Shown here: piece after piece, positions 13,101 to 27,373 of the stretch | Layout of the letters: every line of letters begins with the position of its first letter | Numbering within the stretch: the first letter of the stretch is position 1 | Source: Auanema rhodensis | Lineage: Eukaryota; Animalia; Nematoda | Direction of reading: 5' to 3' | DNA: 64,000 nucleotides | Assembly (NCBI GenBank): GCA_964057225.1 | Contig: OZ059896.1 | Coordinates: 18,972,001-19,036,000 of the forward strand | Position numbers and translations under genes: made by a program | The notes under the pieces: generated by a model | Databases searched by the model: none | The model's input: only the letters and a program-made list of their open reading frames with translations | What the model was told of the DNA's origin: nothing

Positions 13101-16100
13101 ATACAAAAATTAGTTATGATCGTTTGAAAAATGATGCATTAGTGTATGTTGAGTTTACATGTACACTCAACATTGCTTCCAAAAACATTTTGACAAAAAT
13201 TTTTTCGAAAAATTTCAAAATAATTTAGCGAAAAGTAGATGTTTTTAGATTCTTTTTTTCAAGGCAAAGACGATGGACAATGTTATTCAACGAAAAAATT
13301 AATTCTTCAGGGTGAAAATCGAGGATATAAGTGTGAACTTATATCAGTTGATATCTCGGTGCATTTTTAAGCTAGCGCAAATCTCATAACACAGATCGAC
13401 GCAGCTTAAAAATCCGCATCGAATGCACTATACTACATTGAGAAACGCTTAATACAAAAATTAGTTATGATCGTTTGAAAAATGATGCATTAGTGTATGT
13501 TGAGTTTCCATGTACACTCAACATTGCTTCCAAAAACATTTTGACAAAAATTTTTTCGAAAAATTTTAAAATAATTTAGCAAAAAGTAGTTGTTTTTAGA
13601 TTCCTTTTTTCAAGGCAAAGACGATGGACAATGTTATTCAACAAAAAAATTAGTTCTTCAGGGTGAAAATCGAGTATATAAGTGTGAACTTATATCAGTT
13701 GATATCTCGGTGCATTTTTAAGCTAGCGCAAATCTGATAACACAGATCGACGCAGCTTAAAAATCCGCATCGAATGCACTATACTACATTGAGAAACGCT
13801 TAATACAAAAATTAGTTATGATCGTTTGAAAAATGATGCATTAGTGTATGTTGAGTTTACATGTACACTCAACATTGCTTCCAAAAACATTTTGACAAAA
13901 AGTTTTTCGAAAAATTTCAAAATAATTTAGCAAAAAGTAGATGTTTTCAGATTCCTTTTTTCAAGGCAAAGACGATGGACAATGTTATTCAACAAAAAAA
14001 TTAGTTCTTCAGGGTGAAAATCGAGTATATAAGTGTGAACTTATATCAGTTGATATCTCGGTGCATTTTTAAGCTAGCGCAAATCTGATAACACAGATCG
14101 ACGCAGCTTAAAAATCCGCATCGAATGCACTATACTACATTGAGAAACGCTTAATACAAAAATTAGTTATGATCGTTTGAAAAATGATGCATTAGTGTAT
14201 GTTGAGTTTCCATGTACACTCAACATTGCTTCCAAAAACATTTTGACAAAAATTTTTTCGAAAAATTTCAAAATAATTTAGCAAAAAGTAGATGTTTTTA
14301 GATTCCTTTTTTCAAGGCAAAGACGATGGACGATGTTATTCAATGAAAAAATTAATTCTTCAGGGTGAAAATCGAGGATATAAGTGTGAACTTATATCAG
14401 TTGATATCTCGGTGCATTTTTAAGCTAGCGCAAATCTGATAACACAGATCGACGCAGCTTAAAAATCCGCATCGAATGCACTATACTACATTGAGAAACG
14501 CTTAATACAAAAATTAGTTATGATCGTTTGAAAAATGATGCATTAGTGTATGTTGAGTTTACATGTACACTCAACATTGCTTCCAAAAACATTTTGACAA
14601 AAATTTTTTCGAAAAATTTCAAAATAATTTAGCGAAAAGTAGATGTTTTTAGATTCTTTTTTTCAAGGCAAAGACGATGGACAATGTTATTCAACGAAAA
14701 AATTAATTCTTCAGGGTGAAAATCGAGGATATAAGTGTGAACTTATATCAGTTGATATCTCGGTGCATTTTTAAGCTAGCGCAAATCTCATAACACAGAT
14801 CGACGCAGCTTAAAAATCCGCATCGAATGCACTATACTACATTGAGAAACGCTCAATACAAAAATTAGTTATGATCGTTTGAAAAATGATGCATTAGTGT
14901 ATGTTGAGTTTCCATGTACACTCAACATTGCTTCCAAAAACATTTTGACAAAACTTTTTTCGAAAATTTTCAGAATAATTTAGCAAAAAGTAGATGTTTT
15001 CAGATTCCTTTTTTCAAGGCAAAGACGATGGACAATGTTATTCAACGAAAAAATTAATTCTTCAGGGTGAAAATCGAGGATATAAGTGTGAACTTATATC
15101 AGTTGATATCTCGGTGCATTTTTAAGCTAGCGCAAATCTGATAACACAGATCGATGCAGCTTAAAAATCCGCATCGAATGCATTATACTACATTGAGAAA
15201 CGCTTAATACAAAAATTAGTTATGATCGTTTGAAAAATGATGCATTAGTGTATGTTGAGTTTCCATGTACACTCAACATTGCTTCCAAAAACATTTTGAC
15301 AAAAATTTTTTCGAAAATTTTCAGAATAATTTAGCAAAAAGTAGATGTTTTCAGATCCTTTTTTCAAGGCAAAGACGATGGACAATGTTATTCAACGAAA
15401 AAATTAATTCTTCAGGGTGAAAATCGAGGATATAAGTGTGAACTTATATCAGTTGATATCTCGGTGCATTTTTAAGCTAGCGCAAATCTCATAACACAGA
15501 TCGACGCAGCTTAAAAATCCGCATCGAATGCACTATACTTCATTGAGAAACGCTTAATACAAAAATTAGTTATGATCGTTTGAAAAATGATGCATTAGTG
15601 TATGTTGAGTTTCCATGTACACTCAACATTGCTTCCAAAAACATTTTGACAAAAATTTTTTCGGAAAATTTCAAGATAATTTAGCGAAAAGTAGATGTTT
15701 TTAGATTCTTTTTTTCAAGGCAAAGACGATGGACAATGTTATTCAACGAAAAAATTAATTCTTCAGGGTGAAAATCGAGGATATAAGTGTGAACTTATAT
15801 CAGTTGATATCTCGGTGCATTTTTAAGCTAGCGCAAATCTCATAACACAGATCGACGCAGCTTAAAAATCCGCATCGAATGCACTATACTACATTGAGAA
15901 ACGCTTAATACAAAAATTAGTTATGATCGTTTGAAAAATGATGCATTAGTGTATGTTGAGTTTCCATGTACACTCAACATTGCTTCCAAAAACATTTTGA
16001 CGAAAATTTTTTCGAAAAATTTCAAGATAATTTAGCGAAAAGTAGATGTTTTTAGATTCTTTTTTTCAACGCAAAGACGATGGACAATGTTATTCAACGA

Positions 16101-19100
16101 AAAAATTAATTCTTCAGGGTGAAAATCGAGGATATAAGTGTGAACTTATATCAGTTGATATCTCGGTGCATTTTCAAGCTAGCGCAAATCTGATAACACA
16201 GATCGATGCAGCTTAAAAATCCGCATCGAATGCACTATACTACATTAAGAAACGCTTAATACAAAAATTAGTTATGATCGTTTGAAAAATGATGCATTAG
16301 TGTATGTTGAGTTTCCATGTACACTCAACATTGCTTCCAAAAACATTTTGACAAAAATTTTTTCGAAAAATTTCAAAATAATTTAGCAAAAAGTAGATGT
16401 TTTTAGATTCCTTTTTTCAAGGCAAAGACGATGGACAATGTTATTCAATGAAAAAATTAATTCTTCAGGGTGAAAATCGAGGATATAAGTGTGAACTTAT
16501 ATCAGTTGATATCTCGGTGCATTTTTAAGCTAGCGCAAATCTGATAACACAGATCGACGCAGCTTAAAAATCCGCATCGAATGCACTATACTACATTGAG
16601 AAACGCTTAATACAAAAATTAGTTATGATCGTTTGAAAAATGATGCATTAGTGTATGTTGAGTTTCCATGTACACTCAACATTGCTTCCAAAAACATTTT
16701 GACAAAAATTTTTTCTAAAAATTTCAAAATAATTTAGCAAAAAGTAGATGTTTTTAGATTCCTTTTTTCAAGGCAAAGACGATGGACAATGTTATTCAAT
16801 GAAAAAATTAATTCTTCAGGGTGAAAATCGAGGATATAAGTGTGAACTTATATCAGTTGATATCTCGGTGCATTTTTAAGCTAGCGCAAATCTGATAACA
16901 CAGATCGACGCAGCTTAAAAATCCGCATCGAATGCACTATACTACATTGAGAAACGCTTAATACAAAAATTAGTTATGATCGTTTGAAAAATGATGCATT
17001 AGTGTATGTTGAGTTTACATGTACACTCAACATTGCTTCCAAAAACATTTTGACAAAAATTTTTTCGAAAAATTTCAAAATAATTTAGCGAAAAGTAGAT
17101 GTTTTTAGATTCTTTTTTTCAAGGCAAAGACGATGGACAATGTTATTCAACGAAAAAATTAATTCTTCAGGGTGAAAATCGAGGATATAAGTGTGAACTT
17201 ATATCAGTTGATATCTCGGTGCATTTTTAAGCTAGCGCAAATCTGATAACACAGATCGACGCAGCTTAAAAATCCGCATCGAATGCACTATACTACATTG
17301 AGAAACGCTTAATACAAAAATTAGTTATGATCGTTTGAAAAATGATGCATTAGTGTATGTTGAGTTTCCATGTACACTCAACATTGCTTCCAAAAACATT
17401 TTGACAAAACTTTTTTCGAAAATTTTCAGAATAATTTAGCAAAAAGTAGAAGTTTTCAGATTTCTTTTTTCAAGGCAAAGACGATGGACAATGTTATTCA
17501 ACGAAAAAATTAATTCTTCAGGGTGAAAATCGAGGATATAAGTGTGAACTTATATCAGTTGATATCTCGGTGCATTTTTAAGCTAGCGCAAATCTGATAA
17601 CACAGATCGATGCAGCTTAAAAATCCGCATCGAATGCATTATACTACATTGAGAAACGCTCAATACAAAAATTAGTTATGATCGTTTGAAAAATGATGCA
17701 TTAGTGTATGTTGAGTTTCCATGTACACTCAACATTGCTTCCAAAAACATTTTGACAAAAATTTTTTCGAAAATTTTCAGAATAATTTAGCAAAAAGTAG
17801 ATGTTTTCAGATCCTTTTTTCAAGGCAAAGACGATGGACAATGTTATTCAACGAAAAAATTAATTCTTCAGGGTGAAAATCGAGGATATAAGTGTGAACT
17901 TATATCAGTTGATATCTCGGTGCATTTTTAAGCTAGCGCAAATCTCATAACACAGATCGACGCAGCTTAAAAATCCGCATCGAATGCACTATACTACATT
18001 GAGAAACGCTTAATACAAAATTTAGTCATGATCGTTTGAAAAATGATGCATTAGTGTATGTTGAGTTTCCATGTACACTCAACATTGCTTCCAAAAACAT
18101 TTTGACAAAAATTTTTTCGAAACTTTTCAGAATAATTTAGCAAAAAGTAGATGTTTTCAGATTCCTTTTTTCAAGGCAAAGACGATGGACAATGTTATTC
18201 AACAAAAAAATTAGTTCTTCAGGGTGAAAATCGAGTATATAAGTCTGAACTTATATCAGTTGATATCTCGGTGCATTTTTAAGCTAGCGCAAATCTCATA
18301 ACACAGATCGACGCAGCTTAAAAATCCGCATCGAATGCACTATACTACATTGAGAAACGCTTAATACAAAAATTAGTTATGATCGTTTGAAAAATGATGC
18401 ATTAGTGTATGTTGAGTTTCCATGTACACTCAACATTGCTTCCAAAAACATTTTGACAAAAATTTTTTCGAAAAATTTCAAGATAATTTAGCGAAAAGTA
18501 GATGTTTTTAGATTCTTTTTTTCAAGGCAAAGACGATGGACAATGTTATTCAACAAAAAAATTACTTCTTCAGGGTGAAAATCGAGTATATAAGTGTGAA
18601 CTTATATCAGTTGATATCTCGGTGCATTTTTAAGCTAGCGCAAATCTGATAACACAGATCGACGCAGCTTAAAAATCCGCATCGAATGCACTATACTACA
18701 TTGAGAAACGCTTAATACAAAAATTAGTTATGATCGTTTGAAAAATGATGCATTAGTGTATGTTGAGTTTCCATGTACACTCAACATTGCTTCCAAAAAC
18801 ATTTTGACAAAAATTTTTTCGAAAAATTTCAAGATAATTTAGCGAAAAGTAGATGTTTTTAGATTCTTTTTTTCAAGGCAAAGACGATGGACAATGTTAT
18901 TCAACAAAAAAATTACTTCTTCAGGGTGAAAATCGAGTATATAAGTGTGAACTTATATCAGTTGATATCTCGGTGCATTTTTAAGCTAGCGCAAATCTGA
19001 TAACACAGATCGACGCAGCTTAAAAATCCGCATCGAATGCACTATACTACATTGAGAAACGCTTAATACAAAAATTAGTTATGATCGTTTGAAAAATGAT

Positions 19101-22100
19101 GCATTAGTGTATGTTGAGTTTCCATGTACACTCAACATTGCTTCCAAAAACATTTTGACAAAAATTTTTTCGAAAAATTTCAAAATAATTTAGCAAAAAG
19201 TAGATGTTTTTAGATTCCTTTTTTCAAGGCAAAGACGATGGACAATGTTATTCAATGAAAAAATTAGTTCTTCAGGGTGAAAATCGAGTATATAAGTGTG
19301 AACTTATATCAGTTGATATCTCGGTGCATTTTTAAGCTAGCGCAAATCTGATAACACAGATCGACGCAGCTTAAAAATCCGCATCGAATGCACTATACTA
19401 CATTGAGAAACGCTTAATACAAAAATTAGTTATGATCGTTTGAAAAATGATGCATTAGTGTATGTTGAGTTTCCATGTACACTCAACATTGCTTCCAAAA
19501 ACATTTTGACAAAAATTTTTTCGAAAAATTTCAAAATAATTTAGCAAAAAGTAGATGTTTTTAGATTCCTTTTTTCAAGGCAAAGACGATGGACAATGTT
19601 ATTCAATGAAAAAATTAATTCTTCAGGGTGAAAATCGAGGATATAAGTGTGAACTTATATCAGTTGATATCTCGGTGCATTTTTAAGCTAGCGCAAATCT
19701 GATAACACAGATCGACGCAGCTTAAAAATCCGCATCGAATGCACTATACTACATTGAGAAACGCTTAATACAAAAATTAGTTATGATCGTTTGAAAAATG
19801 ATGCATTAGTGTATGTTGAGTTTACATGTACACTCAACATTGCTTCCAAAAACATTTTGACAAAAATTTTTTCGAAAAATTTCAAAATAATTTAGCAAAA
19901 AGTAGATGTTTTTAGATTCTTTTTTTCAAGGCAAAGACGATGGACAATGTTATTCAACGAAAAAATTAATTCTTCAGGGTGAAAATCGAGGATATAAGTG
20001 TGAACTTATATCAGTTGATATCTCGGTGCATTTTTAAGCTAGCGCAAATCTCATAACACAGATCGACGCAGCTTAAAAATCCGCATCGAATGCACTATAC
20101 TACATTGAGAAACGCTTAATACAAAAATTAGTTATGATCGTTTGAAAAATGATGCATTAGTGAATGTTGAGTTTCCATGTACACTCAACATTGCTTCCAA
20201 AAACATTTTGACAAAACTTTTTTCGAAAATTTTCAGAATAATTTAGCAAAAAGTAGATGTTTTCAGATTCCTTTTTTCAAGGCAAAGACGATGGACAATG
20301 TTATTCAACGAAAAAATTAATTCTTCAGGGTGAAAATCGAGGATATAAGTGTGAACTTATATCAGTTGATATCTCGGTGCATTTTTAAGCTAGCGCAAAT
20401 CTCATAACACAGATCGACGCAGCTTAAAAATCCGCATCGAATGCACTATACTACATTGAGAAACGCTTAATACAAAAATTAGTCATGATCGTTTGAAAAA
20501 TGATGCATTAGTGTATGTTGAGTTTCCATGTACACTCAACATTGCTTCCAAAAACATTTTGACAAAAATTTTTTCGAAACTTTTCAGAATAATTTAGCAA
20601 AAAGTAGATGTTTTCAGATTCCTTTTTTCAAGGCAAAGACGATGGACAATGTTATTCAACAAAAAAATTAGTTCTTCAGGGTGAAAATCGAGTATATAAG
20701 TGTGAACTTATATCAGTTGATATCTCGGTGCATTTTTAAGCTAGCGCAAATCTCATAACACAGATCGACGCAGCTTAAAAATCCGCATCGAATGCACTAT
20801 ACTACATTGAGAAACGCTTAATACAAAAATTAGTTATGATCGTTTGAAAAATGATGCATTAGTGTATGTTGAGTTTCCATGTACACTCAACATTGCTTCC
20901 AAAAACATTTTGACAAAAATTTTTTCGAAAAATTTCAAGATAATTTAGCGAAAAGTAGATGTTTTTAGATTCTTTTTTTCAAGGCAAAGACGATGGACAA
21001 TGTTATTCAACGAAAAAATTAATTCTTCAGGGTGAAAATCGAGGATATAAGTGTGAACTTATATCAGTTGATATCTCGGTGCATTTTTAAGCTAGCGCAA
21101 ATCTCATAACACAGATCGACGCAGCTTAAAAATCCGCATCGAATGCACTATACTACATTGAGAAACGCTTAATACAAAAATTAGTTATGATCGTTTGAAA
21201 AATGATGCATTAGTGTATGTTGAGTTTCCATGTACACTCAACATTGCTTCCAAAAACATTTTGACAAAAATTTTTTCGAAAAATTTCAAGATAATTTAGC
21301 GAAAAGTAGATGTTTTTAGATTCTTTTTTTCAAGGCAAAGACGATGGACAATGTTATTCAACAAAAAAATTAGTTCTTCAGGGTGAAAATCGAGTATATA
21401 AGTGTGAACTTATATCAGTTGATATCTCGGTGCATTTTTAAGCTAGCGCAAATCTGATAACACAGATCGACGCAGCTTAAAAATCCGCATCGAATGCACT
21501 ATACTACATTGAGAAACGCTTAATACAAAAATTAGTTATGATCGTTTGAAAAATGATGCATTAGTGTATGTTGAGTTTCCATGTACACTCAACATTGCTT
21601 CCAAAAACATTTTGACAAAAATTTTTTCGAAAAATTTCAAGATAATTTAGCGAAAAGTAGATGTTTTTAGATTCTTTTTTTCAAGGCAAAGACGATGGAC
21701 AATGTTATTCAACAAAAAAATTAGTTCTTCAGGGTGAAAATCGAGTATATAAGTGTGAACTTATATCAGTTGATATCTCGGTGCATTTTTAAGCTAGCGC
21801 AAATCTGATAACACAGATCGACGCAGCTTAAAAATCCGCATCGAATGCACTATACTACATTGAGAAACGCTTAATACAAAAATTAGTTATGATCGTTTGA
21901 AAAATGATGCATTAGTGTATGTTGAGTTTCCATGTACACTCAACATTGCTTCCAAAAACATTTTGACAAAAATTTTTTCGAAAAATTTCAAAATAATTTA
22001 GCGAAAAGTAGATGTTTTTAGATTCTTTTTTTCAAGGCAAAGACGATGGACAATGTTATTCAACGAAAAAATTAATTCTTCAGGGTGAAAATCGAGGATA

Positions 22101-25100
22101 TAAGTGTGAACTTATATCAGTTGATATCTCGGTGCATTTTTAAGCTAGCGCAAATCTCATAACACAGATCGACGCAGCTTAAAAATCCGCATCGAATGCA
22201 CTATACTACATTGAGAAACGCTTAATACAAAAATTAGTTATGATCGTTTGAAAAATGATGCATTAGTGTATGTTGAGTTTCCATGTACACTCAACATTGC
22301 TTCCAAAAACATTTTGACAAAACTTTTTTCGAAAATTTTCAGAATAATTTAGCAAAAAGTAGATGTTTTCAGATTCCTTTTTTCAAGGCAAAGACGATGG
22401 ACAATGTTATTCAACGAAAAAATTAATTCTTCAGGGTGAAAATCGAGGATATAAGTGTGAACTTATATCAGTTGATATCTCGGTGCATTTTTAAGCTAGC
22501 GCAAATCTCATAACACAGATCGACGCAGCTTAAAAATCCGCATCGAATGCACTATACTACATTGAGAAACGCTTAATACAAAAATTAGTTATGATCGTTT
22601 GAAAAATGATGCATTAGTGTATGTTGAGTTTCCATGTACACTCAACATTGCTTCCAAAAACATTTTGACAAAACTTTTTTCGAAAATTTTCAGAATAATT
22701 TAGCAAAAAGTAGATGTTTTCAGATTCCTTTTTTCAAGGCAAAGACGATGGACAATGTTATTCAACGAAAAAATTAATTCTTCAGGGTGAAAATCGAGGA
22801 TATAAGTGTGAACTTATATCAGTTGATATCTCGGTGCATTTTTAAGCTAGCGCAAATCTGATAACACAGATCGATGCAGCTTAAAAATCCGCATCGAATG
22901 CATTATACTACATTGAGAAACGCTTAATACAAAAATTAGTTATGATCGTTTGAAAAATGATGCATTAGTGTATGTTGAGTTTCCATGTACACTCAACATT
23001 GCTTCCAAAAACATTTTGACAAAAATTTTTTCGAAAATTTTCAGAATAATTTAGCAAAAAGTAGATGTTTTCAGATCCTTTTTTCAAGGCAAAGACGATG
23101 GACAATGTTATTCAACGAAAAAATTAATTCTTCAGGGTGAAAATCGAGGATATAAGTGTGAACTTATATCAGTTGATATCTCGGTGCATTTTTAAGCTAG
23201 CGCAAATCTCATAACACAGATCGACGCAGCTTAAAAATCCGCATCGAATGCACTATACTACATTGAGAAACGCTTAATACAAAAATTAGTCATGATCGTT
23301 TGAAAAATGATGCATTAGTGTATGTTGAGTTTCCATGTACACTAAACATTGCTTCCAAAAACATTTTGACAAAAATGTTTTCGAAACTTTTCAGAATAAT
23401 TTAGCAAAAAGTAGATGTTTTCAGATTCCTTTTTTCAAGGCAAAGACGATGGACAATGTTATTCAACAAAAAAATTAGTTCTTCAGGGTGAAAATCGAGT
23501 ATATAAGTGTGAACTTATATCAGTTGATATCTCGGTGCATTTTTAAGCTAGCGCAAATCTCATAACACAGATCGACGCAGCTTAAAAATCCGCATCGAAT
23601 GCACTATACTACATTGAGAAACGCTTAATACAAAAATTGGTTATGATCGTTTGAAAAATGATGCATTAGTGTATGTTGAGTTTCCATGTACACTCAACAT
23701 TGCTTCCAAAAACATTTTGACAAAAATTTTTTCGAAAAATTTCAAGATAATTTAGCGAAAAGTAGATGTTTTTAGATTCTTTTTTTCAAGGCAAAGACGA
23801 TGGACAATGTTATTCAACGAAAAAATTAATTCTTCAGGGTGAAAATCGAGGATATAAGTGTGAACTTATATCAGTTGATATCTCGGTGCATTTTTAAGCT
23901 AGCGCAAATCTCATAACACAGATCGATGCAGCTTAAAAATCCGCATCGAATGCACTATACTACATTGAGAAACGCTTAATACAAAAATTAGTTATGATCG
24001 TTTGAAAAATGATGCATTAGTGTATGTTGAGTTTCCATGTACACTCAACATTGCTTCCAAAAACATTTTGACAAAAATTTTTTCGGAAATTTTCAGAATA
24101 ATTTAGCAAAAAGTAGATGTTTTCAGATTCCTTTTTTCAAGGCAAAGACGATGGACAATGTTATTCAATGAAAAAATTAATTCTTCAGGGTGAAAATCGA
24201 GGATATAAGTGTGAACTTATATCAGTTGATATCTCGGTGCATTTTTAAGCTAGCGCAAATCTGATAACACAGATCGACGCAGCTTAAAAATCCGCATCGA
24301 ATGCACTATACTACATTGAGAAACGCTTAATACAAAAATTAGTTATGATCGTTTGAAAAATGATGCATTAGTGTATGTTGAGTTTACATGTACACTCAAC
24401 ATTGCTTCCAAAAACATTTTGACAAAAATTTTTTCGAAAAATTTCAAAATAATTTAGCGAAAAGTAGATGTTTTTAGATTCTTTTTTTCAAGGCAAAGAC
24501 GATGGACAATGTTATTCAACGAAAAAATTAATTCTTCAGGGTGAAAATCGAGGATATAAGTGTGAACTTATATCAGTTGATATCTCGGTGCATTTTTAAG
24601 CTAGCGCAAATCTCATAACACAGATCGACGCAGCTTAAAAATCCGCATCGAATGCACTATACTACATTGAGAAACGCTTAATACAAAAATTAGTTATGAT
24701 CGTTTGAAAAATGATGCATTAGTGTATGTTGAGTTTCCATGTACACTCAACATTGCTTCCAAAAACATTTTGACAAAACTTTTTTCGAAAATTTTCAGAA
24801 TAATTTAGCAAAAAGTAGATGTTTTCAGATTCCTTTTTTCAAGGCAAAGACGATGGACAATGTTATTCAACAAAAAAATTAGTTCTTCAGGGTGAAAATC
24901 GAGTATATAAGTGTGAACTTATATCAGTTGATATATCGGTGCATTTTTAAGCTAGCGCAAATCTCATAACACAGATCGACGCAGCTTAAAAATCCGCATC
25001 GAATGCACTATACTACATTGAGAAACGCTTAATACAAAAATTAGTTATGATCGTTTGAAAAATGATGCATTAGTGTATGTTGAGTTTCCATGTACACTCA

Positions 25101-27373
25101 ACATTGCTTCCAAAAACATTTTGACAAAAATTTTTTCGAAAAATTTCAAGATAATTTAGCGAAAAGTAGATGTTTTTAGATTCTTTTTTTCAAGGCAAAG
25201 ACGATGGACAATGTTATTCAACGAAAAAATTAATTCTTCAGGGTGAAAATCGAGGATATAAGTGTGAACTTATATCAGTTGATATCTCGGTGCATTTTTA
25301 AGCTAGCGCAAATCTGATAACACAGATCGATGCAGCTTAAAAATCCGCATCGAATGCACTATACTACATTGAGAAACGCTTAATACAAAAATTAGTTATG
25401 ATCGTTTGAAAAATGATGCATTAGTGTATGTTGAGTTTCCATGTACACTCAACATAGCTTCCAAAAACATTTTGACAAAAATTTTTTCGAAAAATTTCAA
25501 GATAATTTAGCGAAAAGTAGATGTTTTTAGATTCTTTTTTTCAAGGCAAAGACGATGGACAATGTTATTCAACAAAAAAATTAGTTCTTCAGGGTGAAAA
25601 TCGAGTATATAAGTGTGAACTTATATCAGTTGATATCTCGGTGCATTTTTAAGCTAGCGCAAATCTGATAACACAGATCGACGCAGCTTAAAAATCGGCA
25701 TCGAATGCACTATACTACATTGAGAAACGCTTAATACAAAAATTAGTTATGATCGTTTGAAAAATGATGCATTAGTGTATGTTGAGTTTCCATGTACACT
25801 CAACATTGCTTCCAAAAACATTTTGACAAAAATTTTTTCGAAAAATTTCAAAATAATTTAGCGAAAAGTAGATGTTTTTAGATTCTTTTTTTCAAGGCAA
25901 AGACGATGGACAATGTTATTCAACGAAAAAATTAATTCTTCAGGGTGAAAATCGAGGATATAAGTGTGAACTTATATCAGTTGATATCTCGGTGCATTTT
26001 TAAGCTAGCGCAAATCTCATAACACAGATCGACGCAGCTTAAAAATCCGCATCGAATGCACTATACTACATTGAGAAACGCTTAATACAAAAATTAGTTA
26101 TGATCGTTTGAAAAATGATGCATTAGTGTATGTTGAGTTTCCATGTACACTCAACATTGCTTCCAAAAACATTTTGACAAAACTTTTTTCGAAAATTTTC
26201 AGAATAATTTAGCAAAAAGTAGATGTTTTCAGATTCCTTTTTTCAAGGCAAAGACGATGGACAATGTTATTCAACGAAAAAATTAATTCTTCAGGGTGAA
26301 AATCGAGGATATAAGTGTGAACTTATATCAGTTGATATCTCGGTGCATTTTTAAGCTAGCGCAAATCTCATAACACAGATCGACGCAGCTTAAAAATCCG
26401 CATCGAATGCACTATACTACATTGAGAAACGCTTAATACAAAAATTAGTTATGATCGTTTGAAAAATGATGCATTAGTGTATGTTGAGTTTCCATGTACA
26501 CTCAACATTGCTTCCAAAAACATTTTGACAAAACTTTTTTCGAAAATTTTCAGAATAATTTAGCAAAAAGTAGATGTTTTCAGATTCCTTTTTTCAAGGC
26601 AAAGACGATGGACAATGTTATTCAACGAAAAAATTAATTCTTCAGGGTGAAAATCGAGAATATAAGTGTGAACTTATATCAGTTGATATCTCGGTGCATT
26701 TTTAAGCTAGCGCAAATCTGATAACACAGATCGATGCAGCTTAAAAATCCGCATCGAATGCATTATACTACATTGAGAAACGCTTAATACAAAAATTAGT
26801 TATGATCGTTTGAAAAATGATGCATTAGTGTATGTTGAGTTTCCATGTACACTCAACATTGCTTCCAAAAACATTTTGACAAAAATTTTTTCGAAAATTT
26901 TCAGAATAATTTAGCAAAAAGTAGATGTTTTCAGATCCTTTTTTCAAGGCAAAGACGATGGACAATGTTATTCAACGAAAAAATTAGTTCTTCAGGGTGA
27001 AAATCGAGTATATAAGTGTGAACTTATATCAGTTGATATCTCGGTGCATTTTTAAGCTAGCGCAAATCTGATAACACAGATCGACGCAGCTTAAAAATCC
27101 GCATCGAATGCACTATACTACATTGAGAAACGCTTAATACAAAAATTAGTTATGATCGTTTGAAAAATGATGCATTAGTGTATGTTGAGTTTCCATGTAC
27201 ACTCAACATTGCTTCCAAAAACATTTTGACAAAAATTTTTTCGAAAAATTTCAAAATAATTTAGCGAAAAGTAGATGTTTTCAGATTCCTTTTTTCAAGG
27301 CAAAGACGATGGACAATGTTATTCAACGAAAAAATTAATTCTTCAGGGTGAAAATCGAGGATATAAGTGTGAA

